A DNA stretch of 64,000 nt from positions 3,239 through 67,238 of IMG/VR virus record IMGVR_UViG_2827986130_000001, one strand, 5' to 3'. The translations under genes and the position numbers were made by a program. This document shows positions 17,605 through 26,995 of the stretch, piece after piece (position 1 is the first letter of the stretch; each line of letters opens with the position of its first letter). A model generated the notes under the pieces. It worked only from the letters and a program-made list of their open reading frames with translations, was not told the origin of the DNA and searched no databases. The DNA is from a virus. Its lineage: Duplodnaviria; Caudoviricetes.

Positions 17605-18090
17605 ATGATCGGTTCGGACTTCTCAGGAAAGCGTTCGCGATTCTCCGAATCTCGTTCGGAGCATGGCGACGCGGGCGAGCGTTCCATGTCTAGTGTTGTG
17701 CGTACCCAGCTGCTCACTCGTGATGTGGCCAAGATCCTTGCGCCTCATCAGGGATGGAAGAAGCAGGTCAGCGCAGTTCACAACGCGCTGACCAACAAGA
17801 AATTCGAACAACGGATCGAGGACCTGACGTGGAACCGCGTGAGATCGTGGTTTTTCGGGGAAGCCCGCCGCGTCGACTACGAAGAGGTCATAGCTCTTCA
17901 GGAACTCAAGGCCGTCGAGGAGGCCAAGCGTGCAAGACGTGAACTCGGAGAAACCATCGATAGGCTGGAGGCGCTTCTTACCGCTCCGGCGGCGGGCCTG
18001 GGCGGCGAAGAAGTTCGCGAACTGGGGCGACTCGCTGGCGCATTGGATCGCGCCGGAATCAAAGCCGCAGGCGACGGAGACGCCAGATGA
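17605..18090 (+). CDS. Phage regulatory-region protein (CII position)
   Basis: TWNRVRSWFFGEARRVD motif; start could be 17687. Confidence 0.65.
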   Translation: MIGSDFSGKRSRFSESRSEHGDAGERSMSSVVRTQLLTRDVAKILAPHQGWKKQVSAVHNALTNKKFEQRIEDLTWNRVRSWFFGEARRVDYEEVIALQELKAVEEAKRARRELGETIDRLEALLTAPAAGLGGEEVRELGRLAGALDRAGIKAAGDGDAR

Positions 18091-18722
18091 CGGCCTGGGT
18101 CGATATGAACCGCAGGGCGAAAGAGGCAGCGGTGCAGCCTCTTCTGGTGAAGGGCCTCACCTATAGCGAGATCGCGGCGCAGCTTGGTGCCACCTCCCGG
18201 AATGCCGTCGGAACCATAGCGTCATCGCTACGTGCGAAGGGCGCCCTATCGCTGAAGCCACGTACCTCGAGTCCGGAGCCAAAGGCGGCACGTGAGAAGC
18301 GCGCCGGCAAGACCCCAGCCAAGTTCGGCGGCGATACGCCACGGAAACCAACGCCGAAGCGCGACAAGGTACTTCGCAGAAGCGCAGCTGGATCTGTCGA
18401 AGTTGCCCCGATGCGGGGCCCCAACAATCCCCATCCCTACGATTTCAAGGCCCGGGCCGAGCAGCGAGCGACTTCACCAGGGGTCGTCGTCGCCACGAAG
18501 GACGCCTTTGATCCAATTCCCGGCATTCCACCTGTCCATTTCGCGGTGAACACCGGCTGCAAATGGCCAGTCGATGGGATCGAGGGCAAGGGCCTGCTCT
18601 GCTGCGGTGCCGACAAGGAGCCCGAGCGCACCTACTGCGGCCCCCACCAACGGCTTTCCCGTACCGACTACACCAAGCGCCAACGCGCCGAGATCGTCTC
18701 GGCTGAAAGGAAGTTCGCGTGA
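18087..18722 (+). CDS. gcrA: GcrA-family cell-cycle regulator homolog
   Basis: GLTYSEIAAQLGATSRNAVG N-terminus; CKWPV...CCG....TYCGPH C-terminus. Confidence 0.85.
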   Translation: MTAWVDMNRRAKEAAVQPLLVKGLTYSEIAAQLGATSRNAVGTIASSLRAKGALSLKPRTSSPEPKAAREKRAGKTPAKFGGDTPRKPTPKRDKVLRRSAAGSVEVAPMRGPNNPHPYDFKARAEQRATSPGVVVATKDAFDPIPGIPPVHFAVNTGCKWPVDGIEGKGLLCCGADKEPERTYCGPHQRLSRTDYTKRQRAEIVSAERKFA

Positions 18723-19222
18723 CCGCGATTCATGAACGTCCCAACAGGGCATCTGCCAAGGAAGCCGCATCTTTCGTCGAGGAGTTCGACCGCCTCGAGC
18801 AGACCCGCGAGGAAAAGCTCCGGCTCCTCGACGCCGACTTCAAGACGAAGAAGCGGGCGATCCAGAAGGAAGTCGACGCCGACCAGAAGACGCTGCTCGC
18901 CGATGCGAAAAAGCAGGGCGTCAACAAGGGCGTGATCCGGGCGATCTCCGATGCCCAGAAGATCAAGCGCAAGGCCGAGGCTCTCCTGGAGCGCGCCGAG
19001 GGCAAGGTCGATGGCCTCGAGGATGATGACCGCGAATTCGCCGTCGATATCCGCACCGCGCTCGGAAATGATTTCGCCAATTTCGGTCTCGGCGCCGCCG
19101 CTGTTGCCCGCGAGGATTCCGTGGAAACGAACAAGCCCGACGCCACGACCGCGGCCGTCATCGCGGCCGTCAAGGGCAGCATGTCGGATGAAGACTGGGA
19201 CGCAGCCGCCCGGCCGAACTGA
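18719..19222 (+). CDS. GapR/DUF2312-like DNA-binding protein (divergent)
   Basis: SFVEEFDRLE...DQKTLLADAKKQGVNKGVIRAI resembles the GapR core. Confidence 0.5.
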   Translation: MTAIHERPNRASAKEAASFVEEFDRLEQTREEKLRLLDADFKTKKRAIQKEVDADQKTLLADAKKQGVNKGVIRAISDAQKIKRKAEALLERAEGKVDGLEDDDREFAVDIRTALGNDFANFGLGAAAVAREDSVETNKPDATTAAVIAAVKGSMSDEDWDAAARPN

Positions 19223-19384
19223 TCCCTTGCGAAAGCCGGTGATGAAGCTTGGCCCGCGGTAGGGCCATGCGGAGCCGGTGAGTAGGCCGCATGGGGCGGA
19301 CCATGCAGGGGGAACGCCACCTCCTATCAGGCGTGACAGGACGGAGAGACGTCCACCCAATCCAAGCCCGACAGGGCGGAGTTT

Positions 19385-20044
19385 ATGATGACCGCACCGC
19401 GCATTCTTGCAATCGATGCCGCAGCACATTTCGGCTGGGCATATGGCCCGATCGGCGAAACCCCGAAGTCGGGATCGCAGTTCTTCGCGAAGTCCGGCGC
19501 CGGCGCCAGCTATTCCAATGTCATGCTAGGCGCGATGCGCTGGACAACGGATTTTCTGACCGCCTATCCGGCCGATGTCGTTGTGGTCGAACGTGCGGTT
19601 CCCGACACCGGCGTCAAGAATAACACCAACTACGAAACCTCGGAGATGAAGAACGGGTTGATCGGCGTCATCGTTGCGACGTCGCGTCTCCTCGGGGTTC
19701 GCAACCGTGACCTCGTCATCAAGGAAGATCGCGGCGAGCACAGGATCTGGCTTTCGACGGTTCGGTCGAAATTCCTGCCGAAGAAGCCCAAGGATGATGT
19801 CGCGAAGCCGCTGGTTCGGCAGAAATGCATCGACCTCGGCTGGGTGACCCCAGAGGAGGCCGAGGCCGACAAGGGCTACGATCGTACCGACGCACTGGCG
19901 ATCTGGTACTGCGCTTGCCTCCTCATCGACCCCAAGAATGCACCGCCCGTCGATCCGCTGTTCCTGGCCGCAGAACGCCGGAAGCGTGAAGCCGAGCGCC
20001 TCGCCGATCGGTACGCGAAGCCAGCCATTCCGGAGCGGTTCTGA
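19385..20044 (+). CDS. RuvC-like Holliday junction resolvase
   Basis: RILAIDA...GWA, VVVE, DRTDALAIW acidic motifs. Confidence 0.7.
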   Translation: MMTAPRILAIDAAAHFGWAYGPIGETPKSGSQFFAKSGAGASYSNVMLGAMRWTTDFLTAYPADVVVVERAVPDTGVKNNTNYETSEMKNGLIGVIVATSRLLGVRNRDLVIKEDRGEHRIWLSTVRSKFLPKKPKDDVAKPLVRQKCIDLGWVTPEEAEADKGYDRTDALAIWYCACLLIDPKNAPPVDPLFLAAERRKREAERLADRYAKPAIPERF

Positions 20045-20358
20045 TGGATTGGGATCCTCATCCTGGCCAGCTCGTCGTATGCGTCGACGACGACTACCAG
20101 AACGAACTTGGCATCAAAGAGATCGTCCTAGGGCACGTCTACACGATCCGTGCAGTCACCGATCCCGACGAGCTCTTTGCGGTCTTGTGCGGCCGCCCAC
20201 TCGATGAACCCGGCGTCATGCTCGTCGAGGTCCATCGACCATCGAGCCCAGATCTCGGTGAGACCCCGTTCGGGGCCTACCGGTTCAAACCGGTCGATGA
20301 CAAGCGCCTCGAAGTCTTCCGCAAGGCCCAGGCCCCAACCGATGAGGTCCCAGCATGA
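20044..20358 (+). CDS. Hypothetical protein
   Basis: GQLVVCVDD...G.VYTIR...RFKPV motif common in alphaproteobacterial phages. Confidence 0.65.
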   Translation: MDWDPHPGQLVVCVDDDYQNELGIKEIVLGHVYTIRAVTDPDELFAVLCGRPLDEPGVMLVEVHRPSSPDLGETPFGAYRFKPVDDKRLEVFRKAQAPTDEVPA

Positions 20359-20477
20359 CCCGCCCACTCGGCGGCCGTGTTCGCCGCCCCCATTCGATCC
20401 CGACACCGCTTTGCATCGCCCTCTTCGTTGCCTCCGTCGCGTTCATCGCGTTCGTGATCTTCGGTGGTGCCCGATGA
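20355..20477 (+). CDS. Small membrane peptide (40 aa, not in ORF track)
   Basis: MTRPLGGRVRRPHSIPTPLCIALFVASVAFIAFVIFGGAR; ATGA overlaps both sides. Confidence 0.55.
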   Translation: MTRPLGGRVRRPHSIPTPLCIALFVASVAFIAFVIFGGAR

Positions 20478-21196
20478 AACGCGTCATCGTTCTTGCGCCA
20501 TCACGGGACGTCGAGAATTCGTTGCGATCTGCAGCGGAAGCCGCCGGCTTCGATTCCGATGGGCAACCACTCCCACCGGAGTTTTGCTCCGCGCTCTACC
20601 GAGATCCCGACGCCATCGGTGTGATCCGGGCCACTTATTCCAGCTTTGCCGCTGTGACTTGCCGGAACTTCCGCAAGGCCGACGTCCGCAACATCCTATT
20701 CGTCTTGCTCGACAAGCAGGAAGCGCACCCCAGCTCGATGTCGCTGATCCTGAGATGTGGTGCCGACGACGTCCAGCCGGCGCCGATCGACCGCGACGAG
20801 TTCATGGCCAGGCTGAAGATGCTGGCGCGCCGCGGCGTCTACAACGACCACCTCATGATCCAGATGCCTGGCTGCGTCCTCGATGCCGAAACCGGGAACG
20901 TTGAAGGCGGCGGCAAGAAGCAGCACCTCACCACGAGCGAGGCCAAGGTGATGATGGCGCTGGCCCGGGAACCCGAACGCGCGCTGTCAAAAGACGAGCT
21001 CATGGATCGCCTCTACGGCGGTGAAGACGAGCCCGAACGCAAGATCATCGATGTCTTGATCTGCAAACTTCGCCGGAAGTTGGCCCAGATGAACGGCGGC
21101 CTCGATGTCGTCGAGACGGTCTGGGGCCGTGGCTACCGGTTCGTGCCCAAGGGTTTTGAGCCCAAGTACCGGAAGGACGTGAGGGCGCCGAGATGA
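20474..21196 (+). CDS. CtrA-like OmpR-family regulator with degenerate receiver domain
   Basis: LYGGEDEPERKIIDVLICKLRRKL...ETVWGRGY closely matches CtrA [24 protein letters not shown]...ETVWGRGY. Confidence 0.88.
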   Translation: MKRVIVLAPSRDVENSLRSAAEAAGFDSDGQPLPPEFCSALYRDPDAIGVIRATYSSFAAVTCRNFRKADVRNILFVLLDKQEAHPSSMSLILRCGADDVQPAPIDRDEFMARLKMLARRGVYNDHLMIQMPGCVLDAETGNVEGGGKKQHLTTSEAKVMMALAREPERALSKDELMDRLYGGEDEPERKIIDVLICKLRRKLAQMNGGLDVVETVWGRGYRFVPKGFEPKYRKDVRAPR

Positions 21197-21342
21197 CAAG
21201 CTTCAAGATCTCGGTCGGGATCTGCAACGTCTGTGCGCTGCCTTTCGCTGTCAGCTACGAACATGACTTGGCCTGGGGAGACACCAGCGTCGGGATCCAT
21301 GTTGGGCCGCTCGTCATCGCTTTCACGTGGAAGTGGTCATGA
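21193..21342 (+). CDS. Small hypothetical protein (49 aa, not in ORF track)
   Basis: MTSFKISVGICNVC...; ATGA overlaps both sides. Confidence 0.5.
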   Translation: MTSFKISVGICNVCALPFAVSYEHDLAWGDTSVGIHVGPLVIAFTWKWS

Positions 21343-21815
21343 GGGAGATCCGCGACATCCTAGCGGAATGCATCCGCCTCGAACGCCTCGGCCTCATCCA
21401 CCCGCTGTGGTCGGAATGGTTCGAAGCCGGTCGCGAGCCCGTCCGGATGCGTGCCGATCACATCCTTAGGCTTCTCTCCGACCGTGGCGTCACCATCGTC
21501 CAGACCGGCGAGCCGCAGTCGACGACACGTCCGGAGCCGGTGTTCTGGCGCTGGAAGATCAACGGCCAGAACGCGGAGCGCATCGCCCGCGCCGGCGCCA
21601 ATGGCATCGAGGTCGCCAAACTCGACGCCGGCACAGAGACGACCCAGCTCACCTTCGGTCTCGCCGAAGCGCACGATCTCGCCAATCGCGGTCTCTGCGG
21701 CGATCGCGAGCTCATGAAAGAGGCCGGCGTCATCACCAAGATATCCGCCGCGCTTGAGGCCTACCGGGTCGGCGCCGCCATCCTTGCCGCCCCGGAGATC
21801 CGCGATGCGCAGTGA
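21339..21815 (+). CDS. Hypothetical protein
   Basis: Coupled ORF. Confidence 0.6.
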   Translation: MREIRDILAECIRLERLGLIHPLWSEWFEAGREPVRMRADHILRLLSDRGVTIVQTGEPQSTTRPEPVFWRWKINGQNAERIARAGANGIEVAKLDAGTETTQLTFGLAEAHDLANRGLCGDRELMKEAGVITKISAALEAYRVGAAILAAPEIRDAQ

Positions 21816-21999
21816 TCTCGCAGCCGTTGGGGCCGCCTGGGAACAGATGATCGACGGCTTGGCCTCATCGCAGGCCAGCGCACTCCGTTCCATCGCCGCC
21901 GAGATGGCAGCCAAGCTCGACGAAACAGCTCGTGATGACATCGAAGGCGCCAAGGAATGGCGCGATCTCAACAAAACAGGGAACAGGTATGACCGGTAA
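21805..21999 (+). CDS. Hypothetical protein
   Basis: GGAG RBS; overlaps both neighbours. Confidence 0.5.
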   Translation: MRSDLAAVGAAWEQMIDGLASSQASALRSIAAEMAAKLDETARDDIEGAKEWRDLNKTGNRYDR

Positions 22000-23740
22000 A
22001 AAGCCGAAGAAGATGCTCGTCGCCGATCTCCTATGTGGGGCCGGCGGCTCATCCACAGGGGCGGAGCGAGCGCTGAAAGGGCTCGGGCTCGATATGGAGC
22101 TCGTCTGCCTGAACCACTGGCCAACGGCCATTGATACGCACCAGCGCAATCACCCCGAAGCTCGGCATTATGTGCAGGACATCGCCACGGTGCGCCCTCA
22201 TATCATCGTGCCTGAGGGCTATCTGGACCTGCTGATGGCTTCGCCGACCTGCACGCATCACAGCGTCGCGCGCGGTGGAAAGCCGACGTCGGACCAGCAG
22301 CGCAGCGATCCTTGGCACATCGTGACTTGGCTTACCGAGCTCCGGGTGAAGCGCATCATCATCGAAAATGTCTGGGAGTTCTGCGGCTGGGGGCCGGTGG
22401 ACCCGAAGACGGGGAAACCGATCAAAGAACGCAAGGGCGAATACTTCCACGCCTGGATAGAGACCATCAAGCGTCTCGGGTTCGAGCCTGAGTGGCGCAA
22501 GCTGAATGCCGCCGACTACGGCGACGCCACCACGCGCCAGCGCTTCATTCTGATGGCGCGTTCTGATGGCAGGAAGGTCCATTGGCCGATGCCGACACAC
22601 CGCAAGCGTGATGACGTCAACGCCGATCTGTTCTCTGGTGCACTGCCTTGGCGGCCGGCGAAAGAGATCATCGACTGGTCGATCAAGGGCAAATCGATCT
22701 TCGGCCGCAAGAAGGATCTGGCGCCGAAGACAATGGCCCGGATCTACGCCGGCGCCGTCAAGTTCGGCTGGCCGGAACCCTATCTCGTTATCCTCCGTCG
22801 TCACATGGACGGCCGTAGCATCCACGAGCCGATTCCAGCACTGGCGACAGCCCGTCATGTAGGACTTGCCGAACCAGTCATCATGAACGGCCGTAAGGGC
22901 AACAAGGCGAAACGCGTATCAATCGATCCGGTACCAACCCTCGATACCAAGGGCGGGGTCTGGCTAGCTGAACCGCTGGTGCTCTCGCAGCACAACAGTG
23001 GAGCACCTCGCTCGACCAAGGATCCGTTGCCGACGATCATGACTGGCGGTGCCGGGTCCGAAGAGCACCCAGGATGCGCTCGGCCAATGCTGGTGACCGT
23101 CGCTCACGGTAACGATGCTCGCGAGAAGGATCCGAACAGCCGGCGCTCGCATAGCCTTGAGGACCCACTGGGCGTCATTCATGGCGACGGCAGCGCCTAT
23201 GCCGTGGTGGAGCCGTTCGTGCTCTCCCGCCATGCCGACGGCACCGCGAGATCAGTCGAAGAGCCGACGCCAACGCAAGTAGCCAAGCATTCGCACCTGT
23301 TGATCACCTCCTACTATGGAGCCACTCAGACGGCCGGGAGCGGCGACGATCCACTGCCGACGGTCACAACCAAAGATCGCTTCGGCATGGTCGTGCCCGT
23401 TACTCAATCGGGCGGTGGTGCAAAGGCGCGCGATGTGAACGTCGACCAAGTGCCAACCATGACGACGGCAAAGGGGGGCGAGTTTGCATTCGCTGAGGCT
23501 ACGCCCGAGTACGACATTCTCTTCCGCATGCTCGAGCCCCATGAACTCGCTGCAGCCATGGGTTTCAATACTGAGGAAGCCACGTACGAGTTCGCGGGGA
23601 CAAAGACAGACAAGATCAAGCAAATCGGCAATGCGGTCTCGGTCTCGAAAATGAAGGCCTGCGTCGGCGCCATCATGGCCGACGCAGCCCCGAAGCGCCG
23701 CGAACCAGCCCCCGTCGTGTTCCGGGAGGCAGCGGAGTGA
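21989..23740 (+). CDS. DNA (cytosine-5) methyltransferase
   Basis: DLLCGAGG (I), SPTC (IV), ENV (VI), YG..T.R.R (VIII), QIGNAV (X). Confidence 0.92.
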   Translation: MTGKKPKKMLVADLLCGAGGSSTGAERALKGLGLDMELVCLNHWPTAIDTHQRNHPEARHYVQDIATVRPHIIVPEGYLDLLMASPTCTHHSVARGGKPTSDQQRSDPWHIVTWLTELRVKRIIIENVWEFCGWGPVDPKTGKPIKERKGEYFHAWIETIKRLGFEPEWRKLNAADYGDATTRQRFILMARSDGRKVHWPMPTHRKRDDVNADLFSGALPWRPAKEIIDWSIKGKSIFGRKKDLAPKTMARIYAGAVKFGWPEPYLVILRRHMDGRSIHEPIPALATARHVGLAEPVIMNGRKGNKAKRVSIDPVPTLDTKGGVWLAEPLVLSQHNSGAPRSTKDPLPTIMTGGAGSEEHPGCARPMLVTVAHGNDAREKDPNSRRSHSLEDPLGVIHGDGSAYAVVEPFVLSRHADGTARSVEEPTPTQVAKHSHLLITSYYGATQTAGSGDDPLPTVTTKDRFGMVVPVTQSGGGAKARDVNVDQVPTMTTAKGGEFAFAEATPEYDILFRMLEPHELAAAMGFNTEEATYEFAGTKTDKIKQIGNAVSVSKMKACVGAIMADAAPKRREPAPVVFREAAE

Positions 23741-26292
23741 CCGCCTACCTCGACTTCCTTCGGTCCAAGATGAAGGTCGCCGAAGCGACCGGGTTCGACG
23801 TCGATGACGCCGACATCAACCCAGATCTCGCCCCACACTGCCGCGCCATCGTGAAATGGGCGCTCGCCGGCGGCCGTCGCGCCATCTTCGCGGCCTTCGG
23901 GCTCCACAAGACTTCGATCCAGCTCGAATTGATGCGCCTCATCGGGAAACGCGCCGCCGGCCGTCGTCTCATCGTGTTGCCGCTCGGCGTCCGCCACGAA
24001 TTCTTCTCGGAGGCCAAGGAGCGATTCCACGGCGAGTTCGCCACTGATCTTCATTTCATCCGACGTGATGACGAGGTCGTCGACGACGACGTCACCCATG
24101 TCGCGAACTACGAGAGCGTGCGCGACGGCAAGATCGATCCCAGCATGTTCGCGGCGTCATCGCTCGACGAGGCTGCTGTGCTCCGCGGCTACGGAACGAA
24201 GACCTACCAGACCTTCCTTCCGCTTTTCCAAGGCCAGCCCTTCAAGTTCGTGGCGACAGCGACGCCATCACCGAACCGTACTAAGGAGATCATCCACTAC
24301 GCCGGCTTCCTAGAAATCATGGACACCGGCCAGGCGCTGACACGCTTTTTCCAGCGCAACAGCGAGAAGGCCAACGAGCTCACGCTCTACCCGCATAAGG
24401 AAGAGGAGTTCTGGCTCTGGGTGAACAGCTGGGCAGTGTTCCTGCAGTCGCCGGCCGATCTCGGTTTCTCCGATGACGGCTACGTCCTGCCGCCAATGGA
24501 GGTGAACTGGCACGAGGTCCAGACCGACCACGGCGCCGCCGGGTTCGATCGCGACGGCCAAGGCCTTCTCATCAACGATCCCGGCGCCAGTGTTGTCCAT
24601 GCCGCGCGCGAGAAGCGCATCAGCATGGAAGCCCGCATCGCCAAGATGGTGGACCTCATCGCCGAGGATCCCGAGGAACACCGACTGCTCTGGCACCACC
24701 TCGAGGATGAACGCCGCGCCATCGAGGCCGCGGTGCCGGGGGTCCGCTCTATTTTCGGTTCTCAGGATCTCGACACCAACGAGCAGAATGCAGTCGACTT
24801 CAAGGAAGGTCGGTTCCGGGATCTCGCGACGAAGCCGGAGATGTCTGGTGCCGGCTGCAATTTCCAGAAGCATTGCGCGTGGTCGATCTTCGCCGGCATC
24901 GACGCGAAGTTTCACGACTTCATTCAGGCGATCCACCGCATCGTCCGGTTCGGCCAGAGCCGCGCTTGCAGGATCGACATCATCTATTCGGAGGCCGAAC
25001 GCGGGACCCGCCGCATCCTTGAAGAGAAGTGGGCCGAACACGACCGCATGATGGAACGGATGACCGAGATCATCAGGAAATACGGTCTAGGTCGCCTCCC
25101 CCTGGAATCGGTGCTGCAGCGCTCGATCGGCGTCGACCGCAGGGTCGAGACCGGCGAGTTCTTCCATATCACCCTCAACGATTGCGTCGACGAGGCCCAG
25201 CGAACGGCCGCCGATAGCATCGGCCAGATCGTGACGTCGATCCCGTTCAGCAACCACTACGAATATACGGCGAGCTACAACGACTTCGGGCACACCGACG
25301 ACAACGCCCACTTCTGGCGTCAGATGGATTTCCTGACACCGGAGTTGTTCAGGATCTTGAAGCCCGGCCGGCTCGCCTGCATCCACGTCAAGGATCGGAT
25401 CCTGTTCGGCAATGTCACTGGCTCCGGACTGCCAACAGTGTCACCATTCCATGCGGAAACGATCTTCCACTTCATCCGCCACGGCTTCGACTATTGCGGC
25501 ATGATCACAGTCGACACCGACGTCGTCACCGAGAACAACGGCAACTACCGGCTCGGCTACACCGAGATGCTGAAAGACGGTTCGAAGATGGGGGTGGGTT
25601 CCCCCGAATACGTGCTCCTCTTCCACAAGCCGCAGACCGACCGGACCAAGGGTTACGCCGACGAGCGTGTCACGAAATCCCGCGATGCCTACAGCCTGGC
25701 GCGCTGGCAGCTCGATGCCCATGCGCATTGGCGATCGAGCGGCAACCGGCTGTTGTCCCGAGAGGAATGGGCCGCGATCCCGCCACGTGCGGTGCCGAAG
25801 GCGTTCCGTACCTACAGCGAGGCCACGGTCTACGACCACGAGGAGGTCGTCGCCATCGGCGAGGTCCTGCAGGCGAAGGATCGGCTGCCAACCGAATACA
25901 TGGCACTGGCGCCGGTTTCGCATTCGCCATGGATCTGGTCCGACGTCGTCCGCATGCTGACGTTGAACGGTAGCCAGTCCTCCCGCAACGTCGAGAAGCA
26001 TATCTGCCCGCTGCAGTTCGACATCGTCGACCGGCTGATCGACCGGTACTCGAACCCAGGCGATGTGATCTACGATCCATTCGGTGGCCTGATGACTGTG
26101 CCGTACCGCGCCATCCTCAAGGGTCGGATCGGCATGGCGTCGGAACTCAACGAGGTCTCTTTCGCCGACGGCCTCTACTACTGTCGTGAGGCCGAGGCGA
26201 AGCGCCAGACCCCAAGCATGTTCGACATCCTTGAGGCGCCACCAATTGCGCCCAGCATTCTTTCACCCATTATCAGCGAGCCCGCAGACTAA
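23737..26292 (+). CDS. SNF2-like helicase / N4-N6 DNA methyltransferase fusion
   Basis: FGLHKT, LDEA, TATPSPN, QAIHRIVRFGQ; then TSIPF, HICPLQ, YSNPGDVIYDPFGG. Confidence 0.9.
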   Translation: MTAYLDFLRSKMKVAEATGFDVDDADINPDLAPHCRAIVKWALAGGRRAIFAAFGLHKTSIQLELMRLIGKRAAGRRLIVLPLGVRHEFFSEAKERFHGEFATDLHFIRRDDEVVDDDVTHVANYESVRDGKIDPSMFAASSLDEAAVLRGYGTKTYQTFLPLFQGQPFKFVATATPSPNRTKEIIHYAGFLEIMDTGQALTRFFQRNSEKANELTLYPHKEEEFWLWVNSWAVFLQSPADLGFSDDGYVLPPMEVNWHEVQTDHGAAGFDRDGQGLLINDPGASVVHAAREKRISMEARIAKMVDLIAEDPEEHRLLWHHLEDERRAIEAAVPGVRSIFGSQDLDTNEQNAVDFKEGRFRDLATKPEMSGAGCNFQKHCAWSIFAGIDAKFHDFIQAIHRIVRFGQSRACRIDIIYSEAERGTRRILEEKWAEHDRMMERMTEIIRKYGLGRLPLESVLQRSIGVDRRVETGEFFHITLNDCVDEAQRTAADSIGQIVTSIPFSNHYEYTASYNDFGHTDDNAHFWRQMDFLTPELFRILKPGRLACIHVKDRILFGNVTGSGLPTVSPFHAETIFHFIRHGFDYCGMITVDTDVVTENNGNYRLGYTEMLKDGSKMGVGSPEYVLLFHKPQTDRTKGYADERVTKSRDAYSLARWQLDAHAHWRSSGNRLLSREEWAAIPPRAVPKAFRTYSEATVYDHEEVVAIGEVLQAKDRLPTEYMALAPVSHSPWIWSDVVRMLTLNGSQSSRNVEKHICPLQFDIVDRLIDRYSNPGDVIYDPFGGLMTVPYRAILKGRIGMASELNEVSFADGLYYCREAEAKRQTPSMFDILEAPPIAPSILSPIISEPAD

Positions 26293-26945
26293 TGCGCTTC
26301 CCCATGATCCGCCCCTTCCGGATGAAGCCAGCCCGTGAGCTTTTCGTTACGGTGCTTTGTGTCGATGATCTGCAGATAGACGTCCACGCTGGTCTTGTCC
26401 GGCCATTTGCGAACCAGCTTTTCGTCCACTGTGGCAGCTACCTTGAACTGAGCAACAGGCGGGGACTCTTGACGGTTTTCCCACCCGCGCAAATAGGGAT
26501 TGCCCCAGTCAGGTACCGTCCTACCGTCCATCTTCAACTCCATCACCGAGTGCTTGGCTGCGGGACCAAGTCCGTTCACATTCATGCCCAGAAAGATGAC
26601 ACCACGTCTGTTCCAGTTCACGACACGGACGACGATCTGTTCAACATCATCGAGATCTGGAACAACATTCATGGCCGGAAGAGTATCTCCGACGGTGAAT
26701 TCGGTTTGTTTCCGCTGTTCCTTGATCTGGTCGTAGAGCGCAAAGAGAGTGATGCCAGCGGCGGCGGCGGCGATGTATCCACTCCATGCCCCGAACCATT
26801 CTCGGACGCATTCACCAGTGCTTTCTCCTTTACCGCACAGGTCGGCGGCGTCGAAGTACCAGTCCATCACCAAAAACGCGAAAACGATGCCGAAGATGAT
26901 GCACGCCGCATAGAATACGACCGTGCTGGTCCTGCCCCCTACCAT
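26289..26945 (-). CDS. Antisense moron: two-TM membrane protein
   Basis: Opposite to operon; two hydrophobic segments then soluble domain; GAGGGG RBS. Confidence 0.7.
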   Translation of the reverse strand: MVGGRTSTVVFYAACIIFGIVFAFLVMDWYFDAADLCGKGESTGECVREWFGAWSGYIAAAAAGITLFALYDQIKEQRKQTEFTVGDTLPAMNVVPDLDDVEQIVVRVVNWNRRGVIFLGMNVNGLGPAAKHSVMELKMDGRTVPDWGNPYLRGWENRQESPPVAQFKVAATVDEKLVRKWPDKTSVDVYLQIIDTKHRNEKLTGWLHPEGADHGEAH

Positions 26946-26995
26946 TTATCCCCTCGCCCTAACGTTGAACCCCTGTTCATAGGGGTAGCAGCCCA

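Noticed and set aside
19229-19246. GAAA...GTGATGA resembling a hammerhead ribozyme core
   Set aside because: Core needs CUGANGA with three flanking stems; sequence is GUGAUGA and the stems do not fit
23880-23915. Walker A GLHKT instead of GLGKT in the helicase-MTase fusion
   Set aside because: I recall this variant in homologs; not evidence of inactivation without an alignment
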